DNA from: Acaryochloris thomasi RCC1774 | GTDB taxonomy: Bacteria; Cyanobacteriota; Cyanobacteriia; Thermosynechococcales; Thermosynechococcaceae | Direction: 5' to 3' | Length of the DNA: 32,000 bases | NCBI RefSeq assembly: GCF_003231495.1 | Contig: NZ_PQWO01000018.1 | Coordinates: 61,285 to 93,284, forward strand | In this document: one piece after another, positions 9,504 through 18,129 of the stretch | Layout of the letters: each line of letters opens with the position of its first letter | How positions within the stretch are numbered: position 1 is the stretch's first letter | The notes under the pieces: generated by a model | The model's input: the letters and a program-made list of their open reading frames with translations, nothing else | Databases searched by the model: none | What the model was told of the DNA's origin: nothing | Position numbers and translations under genes: made by a program

Positions 9504-10424
9504 ATGAGCCTTCCTCCTGACATCGAAACTTTGCCCGCAGCACCCCAGAGCCTTTTAGGCGTCTTCTTGAGATTTTTGCGTAGGCCTGTCTATTCTGAGC
9601 GGCTTTACCCAAGCCCCAATCGACGCGCAATTTTGAGCGATATTCTTCGGCTCTATAGTCTAATGATTGCGGTTCTTATACCGATCCTGTTGATGGTTTC
9701 TGCGGCGAGAGGTCAGGTCGGGGCCAGCGAAGACCCGATCAGTGATTTTTTGCAGAAAACGCCTCTATTAGTGCTGGTGCTCGCCGTTGTTGTCGGCGCT
9801 CCTCTTTTAGAAGAAATGATGTTTCGATTGCCGTTGAGGTTTTCGGCGTTCAATATCTCGCTGCCGCTGACGTTCCTTCTGCTTGCTATCAATGTTGGGA
9901 ATCCGGGGCTAAGATTTTTATTTGCTGTAGCTGTGGGATTGCTGGTCCGCTATTTACTCCATCATCGCGTTCAGAGAGCGGCGGGCCATGCTTTCTATGC
10001 AAAGTACATCGGCTGGATAATCTATGGTTCAGCACTGCTGTTTGGTGCTATCCATATTTTTAATTTTGATGCTAAAACCTATGTTGTGGCACCGCTGATC
10101 GTTATGCCGCAAATAACAGCAGGCATCTTCTTTGCCTTTATTCGCCTCAGACACGGATTTTGGTGGGCGGTTTTTGCTCACGGATTCCACAATTTTTGCG
10201 CAATCTTCCCGCTTAGCCTGATGAAGTTTGGCTCGGCAGGACTGCAGGCCAATGGCTTTTCTGATCTAGAACAGGTGACTCTGACCCCAGTGGACTATGT
10301 GCTTCTGGCTTCTTTACTCATTTTTATTGGCGGCGGGCTGTTCCTCTGTCTGCGATCTGTGGCGCAAATGCTTACAGAGTGGCGTCTGGAACGGCGAGCA
10401 GCCAAACTCTCTCTTAAAACCTAG
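9504..10424 (+). CDS. CPBP-family (CAAX/Abi) intramembrane glutamic endopeptidase
   Basis: ORF 9447..10424 starts at GTG; the ATG at 9504 (MSLPPDIE) is an alternative and the start is uncertain. All three CPBP motifs are present: EEMMFR (EExxxR), FGAIH (FxxxH) and HGFHN (HxxxN). Multiple TM helices. Confidence 0.75.
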   Translation: MSLPPDIETLPAAPQSLLGVFLRFLRRPVYSERLYPSPNRRAILSDILRLYSLMIAVLIPILLMVSAARGQVGASEDPISDFLQKTPLLVLVLAVVVGAPLLEEMMFRLPLRFSAFNISLPLTFLLLAINVGNPGLRFLFAVAVGLLVRYLLHHRVQRAAGHAFYAKYIGWIIYGSALLFGAIHIFNFDAKTYVVAPLIVMPQITAGIFFAFIRLRHGFWWAVFAHGFHNFCAIFPLSLMKFGSAGLQANGFSDLEQVTLTPVDYVLLASLLIFIGGGLFLCLRSVAQMLTEWRLERRAAKLSLKT

Positions 10425-10692
10425 AGATATAGCGGTACGCGTATTGATTCGGACATCAAAATGCTTGAACATCATGTCTGCTAAAGAAGGGCTGTCCCAA
10501 CTCAGCCGCGTATTGCTATACAGCAGTTTTCAATTCCTGTGTACAACAGCAATAATGAGCGAACCAATTTCTTAAATGCCTTCACTGTTGAAGACGCTCT
10601 TCTGTGATGTGGATTAGCCTTTTCAACATATTTGAGGGCAATTTACTTCATGATCAGGGCTGCAACTAATCAAAGCCTGTTGTTCAATGCCA

Positions 10693-11262
10693 TTAACTCG
10701 TCCACTTCGATAGAGTAGGAGCCTTGAACTGAGTAAGCTTGTCGATAAGTTTATCGGCTTCTGTTTCTGTTAGAACGATATGTCTGTGCTCAGGGCGGAT
10801 AAACTGTTCATCTGTTGCATGATCGAGAAACGAAAGCAGCCCATCGTAGAAGCCATCAATGTTCAGTAGTCCGCAAGCTTTGTCTTGGAAGCCAAGCTGC
10901 GCCCATGTCGCAATTTCACAGAATTCTTCTAAAGTCCCTAATCCGCCAGGAAGGGCAATGAATGCGTCTGCAAGCTCAGCCATCAGGGACTTACGCTCGT
11001 GCATAGAGTCAACTATTCGTAGATCACTGAGTCCTTCGTGTGCAACTTCTTTCTGTGCTAGTGCTTTTGGGATGACACCGATTACAGTTCCACCCGCGCC
11101 GAGAACGGAATCAGCGATTGCTCCCATCAAGCCAACGTTACCGCCCCCGTAGATAAGCTTGATTTGACGCTTTGACATCTCTTCTCCGAGTCGTTTCGCA
11201 GCGCTTAGATAGCTATCGCGTGCTCCGAAATTAGAGCCGCAGTAGACGCAGATACTTTTCAT
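10693..11262 (-). CDS. LOG-family protein (TIGR00730; cytokinin riboside 5'-monophosphate phosphoribohydrolase-like)
   Basis: Diagnostic motifs YGGGNVGLMG and PGGLGTLEEF. About 190 aa. Begins MKSICVYCGS, typical of the family. Confidence 0.85.
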   Translation of the reverse strand: MKSICVYCGSNFGARDSYLSAAKRLGEEMSKRQIKLIYGGGNVGLMGAIADSVLGAGGTVIGVIPKALAQKEVAHEGLSDLRIVDSMHERKSLMAELADAFIALPGGLGTLEEFCEIATWAQLGFQDKACGLLNIDGFYDGLLSFLDHATDEQFIRPEHRHIVLTETEADKLIDKLTQFKAPTLSKWTS

Positions 11263-11389
11263 GTAAATTGTGCTTGTGTATGACTAAAATCAGTCTATCA
11301 GTCGCTTTTGGTGGCAAATGACACAATTCTCGATTCTCTTTTGGGATATAGCAAAGCTGTCGTACATTGCTGCCCCACAGGGCTATCAG

Positions 11390-12280
11390 CTACTGCAGCC
11401 ACAGTAGTAGAGCAACGCCGGTAACGGCAGTGGCGGCTCCCAGCCATGCTCTGATGCTGACACGTTCGCCCAGCCAAATGGCAATGGGCAAGACGAATAG
11501 AGGACTGGTGGCCGTTAAGGTTTGGGCAATGCCCGCTTCGGCATACTTGAGGCTAATCTGCTGCAGCCAAATGCCTAAGTAGGTGCCGCCGAAAGCTGCG
11601 AGACAGAGCTGGCGGAGTAGATGTTGCGATCGCAACTCCAGCACCCAACTCCTCAGCTTCCCTTGCCCTAGCCCCCACAACACCAATACAAAAACGCCAC
11701 TGCAAAGGCGCAAGAAGGCTCCCCAGGTCGGACTCAGAGGCGTATCGACTAACGCAGCCCGAGACAAAACCGCACCACTAGCCTGAGCCATTGATGCTAG
11801 TAGCGCGTAGACAATTCCCCAGCGTCGATCGCGCCCCTGCTCTTGAAGCTGTGAAGACCGTTCACTAATCACCCAAGTCACTCCGGCAATAGTGAGGCTC
11901 ATGCCCAGCCAAGCCCAGCTAGAGAGTTCTTCGTTCAGGAATAACAATGCTAGAACGGCTGCTAAGGGAGGCGCTAAAGCTTCAAATAACAGCGTTCGTC
12001 TGGCACCCAAGGCCCGCAGTGCGGCTAGATAAACAGAGTCCCCAAAGCCAATGCCAATAGCACCGCTGAGAAGGAGCAGCAAAAGGCTATGACTCGGAAG
12101 ATCGGGAGCCAGCCCTCCCTGGAAAATGAGGGTTAGCGTTAGAAGTGCGATCGCAACTATCCCTTTTCCCAAATTTATCGCTAGGGGTGAAGCCTGAATA
12201 CGGGCGTAAACAACAGAAGCTAACGCCCATAGAAATGCCGCACTCAACGCCGCTAGCTCCCCAGTCAGATGGGTCTGCAT
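11390..12280 (-). CDS. EamA/DMT-superfamily transporter (10 TM helices, two EamA repeats)
   Basis: ORF 11390..12283. TTG at 12283, ATG at 12280. The protein is uniformly hydrophobic with the two-repeat organisation and Gly/Ala-rich helices typical of EamA. Confidence 0.8.
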   Translation of the reverse strand: MQTHLTGELAALSAAFLWALASVVYARIQASPLAINLGKGIVAIALLTLTLIFQGGLAPDLPSHSLLLLLLSGAIGIGFGDSVYLAALRALGARRTLLFEALAPPLAAVLALLFLNEELSSWAWLGMSLTIAGVTWVISERSSQLQEQGRDRRWGIVYALLASMAQASGAVLSRAALVDTPLSPTWGAFLRLCSGVFVLVLWGLGQGKLRSWVLELRSQHLLRQLCLAAFGGTYLGIWLQQISLKYAEAGIAQTLTATSPLFVLPIAIWLGERVSIRAWLGAATAVTGVALLLWLQ

Positions 12281-12407
12281 CAAATGGCTCTGTTTGCACT
12301 CCAGAAGTTCTGAAACCTGGGTTCTGCCTTCACTTTGAACTTCACAAATTGGTGGTCCTGAAAAATATTATGGAAGGAAGAAGCGGCAGGCCTTTCAAGC
12401 GGCCATC

Positions 12408-14654
12408 TTAAGGCGAGGTTAGGGCAACAGAATTCAGCTGAGTATAGGGCAGGGTCAGAACAAAGGTAGCGCCCTCGTTATCAGGGCTGACTGCCGTAAG
12501 CTCACCACCATGATTCTCAACAATTTTACGGCAGATCGCGAGTCCCATGCCGGTTCCTTCATAGTCTGACTGAAGATGAAGACGCTCGAAGGGCGTAAAA
12601 ATGCGGTCAAGGTATTGAAGATCAAACCCGATACCGTTGTCTCTAATCTGAATTTCTGCGGCTTGATCGACCTCTACGTAAGACACGGTGATTCGGGGAG
12701 GGATGTCAGGACGATGGAACTTGAGGGCATTACCAATCAAGTTTTGAAAGAGTTGCCGCATTTGCACAGGAGCGGCCTCCAATGAAGGCAAGTGACTCAC
12801 CTCAACATGCCCAGCCGTCTTTTCAATCTTCGTCTCTAAATCTGCTAGAACTTCTGTCAGAATTGTGTTGAGATTCACTGAGATAAATGGCTGAACTTTT
12901 GTATTCAGTCGAGAGTAGGCCAGCAAGTCTCGAATCAAAATTTGCATCCGGTTTGCAGCACTCTGCATTCGATTTATAAAGCGTTGTCCTTGCTCATCGA
13001 GTTGAGAACTGTACTTTTTCTGTAGAAGATCGCCAAAAGCTTGAATCTTTCGCAGCGGTTCTTGCAGGTCGTGGGAGGCGACATAGGCAAAATCCTTGAG
13101 AGCCTGATTCGAGCGCTCCAGTTGATGGGCTGTTTTGCGAAGCTGTTGCTCTCGTTCAAGCCGTTCAGCAGCTTCAGCGTGAAGCTGAGTATTGGCCTGT
13201 GTCAGCTCTGCTGTGCGATCTTGAACCCGCTGTTCTAACTCATTTTTTGCAGCCTGTAGTGCTTGTTCTGCCCCCTTCCGCACCGTGATATCAAGAACGA
13301 AGGCAATACTCTCTGTGCGATCGATTCCCAAAAGCACATAGCCAACCAGAACGGGAATTCGACTGCCATCTTTGCGGATATATTCTTTTTCGTAGGGGGT
13401 GCAGCTTCCGTTACGTTGGGCTTCGGCAATGCCAGCATGGTCTTTTGCTAATAACTCAGGGGGGGTTATCTTATCCCAGCGAATTGTCCCGGCCTCCAAC
13501 TCTTGGCGACTGTAGCCAATGATCCGCAAGAACTCATCATTGGTTTCTTGAACCTTGCCACTGATATTGCCAAACAGAATCCCGATCAGATCTGACTGCA
13601 AAAACTGCCCGATTTGTTCTTGGGCCTTTCTCAAGACTTGTCTGGTCTCTTGCTGTTGCTTAAGGGTTAATTGCTGATTCGCGATTAACTCGGCATGCTG
13701 GATGGCGCTGGCAACCTGCACTGATAAGTCACTCAATAATTCCTGTTCGACTGCTGACCATCGGTGAGGAGCCTGACAATGGTGCGCGATCAGAAGTCCC
13801 CAAAGTTTGGATCCATCCATTGATGTCTCTGCGAACAGAATCGGCACGACCAAGTTCGCTTTCACCTGAAACCGCTGCAGCAGATTGAGATGACAAGCAG
13901 ACAGGTGACTCGACTCGACATCAGAAATCGCTAGTGTATGGCCCTGTTGATACTTCTCAGCCTGATGACTTTGCTCGCCTTGAAAGCAGTTATCCTCGAG
14001 GTGCTGTCCTATGGCTGCTGTCCACTCTGCCAGGACGGATTCTGCCACGACTGTACCGCTCATATCAGGCTCAAATTGATAAATCAGGATGCGATCGCAA
14101 CCTAATAACTGACGTGCTCCATCAGCCGCTGTCTGCAGGATTTGAGGCAGCTCCACCATCCGATTCACGCTCAGCGCGATACGAGTGAGCAGCTCACCTT
14201 GCTGACGCTGACGCTGAAACTGTACCCGTAGATTTCGGGCGGTGACAAGATTCGCAACTGACTTAACTAACTTTTCAGCTGTGAGCTGCCCCTTGATGAA
14301 GTAATCTTTTGCGCCGCTCTTCATTGCCTCTACAGCAGTGGCTTCATCCCCCTGCCCCGTCAAAAGAATAATCAGCGGTAGTAACTCTAGCTGCCGCTTA
14401 AGGGCACTCATCAATTCAAGTCCATCTGTATCAGGCAATAGATAGTCAAGCAAAATAACGTCAGGACAAGTCTGCTGACAAAAGGTGAGAGCCTCTTCTC
14501 CTGACCCGCAGTCAAAGATTTTATAGTCAATTGCTTCTGCAGACTCTAGATATCGACGACTAACAGCTCGGTCAATCTCTGAATCATCCACCAGAAGGAT
14601 TGTGATGCTTGGAAGTGAGACAGCCATATTTTCTCTCTGTGAGCTTACTTGCAT
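12408..14654 (-). CDS. hybrid sensor histidine kinase: N-terminal receiver, GAF, PAS, DHp (HisKA) and HATPase_c
   Basis: REC: ILLVDDSEIDR, ILLDYLLPDTDG, LLTGQGDE, DYFIKG. GAF: about residues 165-320. PAS: EKEYIRKDGSRIPVLV. H-box: VASHDLQEPLRKI. N, G1 and G2 boxes: NLIGNALKF, DNGIGF, GTGMGLAI. ATG at 14654 (TTG at 14657); a second ATG at 14627 is possible. Confidence 0.85.
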   Translation of the reverse strand: MQVSSQRENMAVSLPSITILLVDDSEIDRAVSRRYLESAEAIDYKIFDCGSGEEALTFCQQTCPDVILLDYLLPDTDGLELMSALKRQLELLPLIILLTGQGDEATAVEAMKSGAKDYFIKGQLTAEKLVKSVANLVTARNLRVQFQRQRQQGELLTRIALSVNRMVELPQILQTAADGARQLLGCDRILIYQFEPDMSGTVVAESVLAEWTAAIGQHLEDNCFQGEQSHQAEKYQQGHTLAISDVESSHLSACHLNLLQRFQVKANLVVPILFAETSMDGSKLWGLLIAHHCQAPHRWSAVEQELLSDLSVQVASAIQHAELIANQQLTLKQQQETRQVLRKAQEQIGQFLQSDLIGILFGNISGKVQETNDEFLRIIGYSRQELEAGTIRWDKITPPELLAKDHAGIAEAQRNGSCTPYEKEYIRKDGSRIPVLVGYVLLGIDRTESIAFVLDITVRKGAEQALQAAKNELEQRVQDRTAELTQANTQLHAEAAERLEREQQLRKTAHQLERSNQALKDFAYVASHDLQEPLRKIQAFGDLLQKKYSSQLDEQGQRFINRMQSAANRMQILIRDLLAYSRLNTKVQPFISVNLNTILTEVLADLETKIEKTAGHVEVSHLPSLEAAPVQMRQLFQNLIGNALKFHRPDIPPRITVSYVEVDQAAEIQIRDNGIGFDLQYLDRIFTPFERLHLQSDYEGTGMGLAICRKIVENHGGELTAVSPDNEGATFVLTLPYTQLNSVALTSP

Positions 14655-15022
14655 CAATAAGGCAGTGGCAATAAAAGCTCGAAATCATACCCATTGCATC
14701 TACCGTTGGTGACTCACCTCGCCATCAGTCTTGGTTACTCGATTACCTTGAAAGATCAAACAACTTTGCTTGCTACCAACCTTAGTACAGGACAAGAGAA
14801 AGCGTTAGTCATGGTGTGTTGTTAAGAACCAGCGGCGAAAAGCCGGCTTTATCTCTCGGTGATGGGTAGATGTATACAGCGTTTTATGTTGGACCTACGA
14901 ACTCAAAACACCTATTTGATTTGCTTGAATTACTCCCCGCGTGTCTCGTGTGCTGAAGGCTAATGTTAAATCATTGATCTACGAAGCTAAACCATAGCCT
15001 AAATGCGCTGCATCGAATATAT

Positions 15023-16546
15023 CTAACCTTTCAAATGTAAATCCACGGCCACACGATGGGCGCAGGCAAACCCAGAAAAAGCCACTGCGTTTAGCCCCTG
15101 CCCCGGGAACGTACTGTCTCCCACGCAGTAAAGCCCTGGAATCGCCGTGCGATTAAACGGCATCCCTAACAAGCCTCGCAATGGACGGCGTGGAATTGGA
15201 CCATAGGTGCCATCCTGACGCCCTAAAAATCGACGGTGCGTTTTCGGTGTACCCACCTCCTGTAGATGAATATGCTCCTTTAGGTTGGGGATAATCTGTT
15301 CTAGTCGATTAATGATTTGGGTCGCAGCCTGCCGTTTTCGCTCCCGATAGTCCGAAGCTGACAAATTCTGCCACTCCTCGATCCAGCTAGGCGTAAAGGC
15401 ATGCACAATATGATGACCTGGAGGAGCCAAGCTCGGATCAAGCACCGTTGGAATGGAGACGAAAGTGGTTCCGCCGGATTCCGTCATCTGTTCCCAGTCC
15501 GACAGCAACACATGATGACAGTGGATATTCTGGGGCAGTGCCCCAGCCGCGATCCCCAGATGCACGCTCACGAAGCTAGGAGATTTCATATAGCGCTGTC
15601 GCCACCTTTCTTCTGTGGGTGGTACCGTCTCAACTAGTTCACCAAAAGTGTTCCAGCGGGTTGCGTTAGACACAATCCGACGGGCATGAAAGGTCTCTCC
15701 TGTCGCTAGCTGGACGCCCACTGCCTGACCTTTCTCTCGCAAAACTTTGGTCACTCGTGCCTTATATCGAATGGTGCTGCCCGCCGCCTCTAGACCCGCC
15801 ACAAGCTTCTGAGCAATCTGCCCCACTCCGCCCCTCGGATAGTTAACGCCGCCGTAGTGGCGATCGCAAAAGACCATCCCCGCATTCATCATCGGCGTCA
15901 AATCTGCTGGAACCACCGACCAGCAGAAGCATTCCAGATCGATAAACTTCAGCAAAACCGGATCGCTGAGATAGCGCCGCGCCGTGCGCCCCACATTCTG
16001 AGGCAAGAACTTTGCCAACCGCAGACAGATACCCGGATGCCGCAAAAAGGTCTGCATCAGATAGCGGGGCTCCTCCAGGGACAACAGCTCCATCCCGTTG
16101 AGACCGTTGAACACCTGCCAGAACGCATCATAAAAGCGGCGCAACCCCTGACGCTCATGGGGGAAGCGCTCTATCAGCTCTTGCAAGTATTTCTCATAGT
16201 CTCGATGCACCTTAATCTGTAAATTATCGGGTAGGTGGTAGTGAATTTGTACGGGGTCAGGAATCGTCTCTAGACGCTGATTGACGCTATCTAAAGCGCG
16301 GGTCAATAGATTGGTGGTCCCCTGCTTGCCAAAGCCGAAAATCATGGAAGCACCGACATCGAAGCAGTAGCCCTCTCTGCGAAAAGAGCCAGCACTGCCG
16401 CCCGGAATTAGATATCGCTCCAATACCAAAACGTGAGCCCCCTTTGCCGCTAATTGAGTGGCTGTAACCAGTCCCCCAATGCCAGAACCAATCACGATCA
16501 CATCCCACACTGGTTCAGGGACGGCATGTTCAACAGAGTTCATCAT
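15023..16546 (-). CDS. crtH: carotenoid (prolycopene) cis-trans isomerase, CrtISO/CrtH family FAD-dependent oxidoreductase
   Basis: N-terminal dinucleotide fold DVIVIGSGIGGLVTATQLAAKGAHVLVLERYLIPGGSAG, followed by YCFDVGASMIFGFG. About 500 aa. C-terminal GLYCVGDSTFPGQG. The pattern matches cyanobacterial CrtH as I remember it. Confidence 0.8.
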   Translation of the reverse strand: MMNSVEHAVPEPVWDVIVIGSGIGGLVTATQLAAKGAHVLVLERYLIPGGSAGSFRREGYCFDVGASMIFGFGKQGTTNLLTRALDSVNQRLETIPDPVQIHYHLPDNLQIKVHRDYEKYLQELIERFPHERQGLRRFYDAFWQVFNGLNGMELLSLEEPRYLMQTFLRHPGICLRLAKFLPQNVGRTARRYLSDPVLLKFIDLECFCWSVVPADLTPMMNAGMVFCDRHYGGVNYPRGGVGQIAQKLVAGLEAAGSTIRYKARVTKVLREKGQAVGVQLATGETFHARRIVSNATRWNTFGELVETVPPTEERWRQRYMKSPSFVSVHLGIAAGALPQNIHCHHVLLSDWEQMTESGGTTFVSIPTVLDPSLAPPGHHIVHAFTPSWIEEWQNLSASDYRERKRQAATQIINRLEQIIPNLKEHIHLQEVGTPKTHRRFLGRQDGTYGPIPRRPLRGLLGMPFNRTAIPGLYCVGDSTFPGQGLNAVAFSGFACAHRVAVDLHLKG

Positions 16547-16719
16547 TTAGTTGCCCAAAAACGGCCATCGCAGTACCCGGTTAAGGTAGGGCATCCTTGC
16601 TATACCGTCAATGAGCCGTAGCCATTTTTGTACCTTAATCAATACGTGCACGGCTTTACTCACTGGTCTATCGAGAGGTGCCCTTCTGACAAAAATCACA
16701 AGTGACTACCCCTGCCGAT

Positions 16720-16753
16720 AAAAAAGGTCAAAACGCAGAGAGCGCCTTGACCT
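16720..16753 (-). terminator. rho-independent terminator downstream of the four-gene signalling operon
   Basis: Minus-strand read: AGGTCAAGGCGC-TCTCT-GCGTTTTGACCT followed by TTTTTAT. This is a 12-bp stem (two G-U pairs) with a 5-nt loop and a T-tract, 111 nt after the GGDEF gene stop (16864). Confidence 0.5.
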
Positions 16754-16790
16754 AGCATGCTGATTCTTCAAGAGAGGAGAACATGACTTC

Positions 16791-16819
16791 ACTGTATAGT
16801 TATTGAAAAAGATTGTCAA
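16791..16819 (-). promoter_or_regulatory. sigma70-like promoter hexamers TTGACA-17 nt-TACAGT upstream of the terminator hairpin (possible short transcript)
   Basis: Minus strand: TTGACA at 16819-16814 and TACAGT at 16796-16791. The region is AT-rich, so a chance match is plausible. Confidence 0.25.
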
Positions 16820-16863
16820 TAAAAATCAAAAATAGCTTTGCTCGGTCTGTCATCCCTTGGGGG

Positions 16864-18129
16864 TTAGTTGAGAGGTTGGGCTTGATGGGAAGCTATCTGC
16901 GCTCGACCTGCTTTTTTCGCTTGATAGAGGGCGGTATCGGTGGCTGCGATCAATGCTGGGACCGTTAGCTCAGCGGTGGGGACTAGGGTGGAGATGCCAA
17001 TGCTCAGGGTGATGCGATCGCTCACACTAGAAGATTTATGGACCAGTGCTTGCTGATCTAGATCTGCTCTCAACTTCTCTGCCACCGCCATCGCTCCCTC
17101 AGAATTTGTGTTGGGTAAGATGATGGCAAATTCTTCTCCCCCGTAGCGCGCTGCTAAATCTAACGGACGCCTGATGGCCCCGTCAATGGTTTGTGCCACC
17201 ACCTGCAGGCAGTGATCTCCCTGCAAATGACCGTAGGTGTCGTTGTACTGCTTGAAATAATCGATGTCACAGAGCATCAGGGTCAAAGCTTTCTGATCCC
17301 TCACTGCCTGCTTCCAAGACTGTTCAAGATACTCATCAAAGCGGCGTCGATTGGCCAGCTTTGTTAAGCCATCCTGATTGGCAGCCAATGCTAACTGGCG
17401 ATTCAACTGATCGAGTTCTTGATTGGCAAGATCGAGGGCCTTATTGATTGCCTGTAGCTTTTCTTGGGTTTTAAGGCGGGCCTGGATTTCTGCTTCTAGC
17501 TGCTGATTCTTTGCCTCTAACTCTCGTGTGCGAATTTTGACGGACTCTTCTAGATTTCGGTTAAAATCCTGCAGCTTTTCATTGAGGCTGGCAATCTCCC
17601 GGCGATCTTCTTCAGCCGTGATAATGTCCCGGTAGGAACGGATCGCCGTAACTAATGTCGAGAATAATTTCTGCTGCGTTAGCTCAGTCTTGGTTCTATA
17701 GTCATTGATATCGTACCCCTTGATGATTGAGATCTCAGGCACTTCGCCCGGCTGGCCGGTTCGCAGAATGATGCGCACAAATAAATTGTGCAAGTTCTCA
17801 CGGATATATTTGACCAACTCTAGACCGGCCTGACTGGTTTCCATGACCACGTCAAGGAGCAATACGGCAGTATCGGGGTGCTGGCTCAGCATCGCTTGAG
17901 CTTCTTGCCCAGAGTAAGCAGAGATGATTTCTAAGGTCCTGTTCTCAAAAGTAAAATTTTTGAGCGCAAGGCGGGTGACCTCATGTACCTGTCTTTCGTC
18001 ATCGACAACAAGTATTTTCCAGGGCGTTTCGCTGTTGCTGGCAGCGGTGTCTTGGTCGTCCGAGAATAGAGGCTCATCTTCAAAGTCAAGGCGTTCATTG
18101 GCAGTGACTGAATCGTTAGACTGAGGCAT
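16864..18129 (-). CDS. response regulator with coiled-coil linker and GGDEF diguanylate cyclase output
   Basis: Acidic N-terminal tail. REC: ILVVDDE, LLLDVVME (D93), RIILRTGQPG, YDINDYRTKTEL. Long heptad region: LEAKNQQLEAEIQARLKTQEKLQAINKALDLANQELDQLNRQL. GGDEF domain with active site RYGGEEF and an intact I-site RPLD five residues upstream. The start overlaps the upstream gene by 14 nt. Confidence 0.9.
   Translation of the reverse strand: MPQSNDSVTANERLDFEDEPLFSDDQDTAASNSETPWKILVVDDERQVHEVTRLALKNFTFENRTLEIISAYSGQEAQAMLSQHPDTAVLLLDVVMETSQAGLELVKYIRENLHNLFVRIILRTGQPGEVPEISIIKGYDINDYRTKTELTQQKLFSTLVTAIRSYRDIITAEEDRREIASLNEKLQDFNRNLEESVKIRTRELEAKNQQLEAEIQARLKTQEKLQAINKALDLANQELDQLNRQLALAANQDGLTKLANRRRFDEYLEQSWKQAVRDQKALTLMLCDIDYFKQYNDTYGHLQGDHCLQVVAQTIDGAIRRPLDLAARYGGEEFAIILPNTNSEGAMAVAEKLRADLDQQALVHKSSSVSDRITLSIGISTLVPTAELTVPALIAATDTALYQAKKAGRAQIASHQAQPLN

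Noticed and set aside
10297-10575. 92-aa ORF spanning the CPBP 3' end and the downstream spacer, including a possible 33-aa peptide from the ATG at 10474
   Set aside because: It is out of frame with the CPBP gene, has no ribosome-binding site and has no recognisable bacteriocin-like leader (no GG motif). I cannot support it as a gene.
14831-14850. AGCGGC-GAAAA-GCCGGCT hairpin followed by TTT in the crtH/HK intergenic region
   Set aside because: The stem is imperfect (bulged) and there is no upstream plus-strand gene for it to terminate. On the minus strand the T-tract is poor.
15857-16222. 121-aa plus-strand ORF antisense to crtH (similar cases at 6078-6392, 8086-8337, 11583-11786, 22170-22472 and 25823-26194)
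   Set aside because: All lie antisense within genes carrying diagnostic motifs. All have skewed composition and no start context, so I treat them as spurious.
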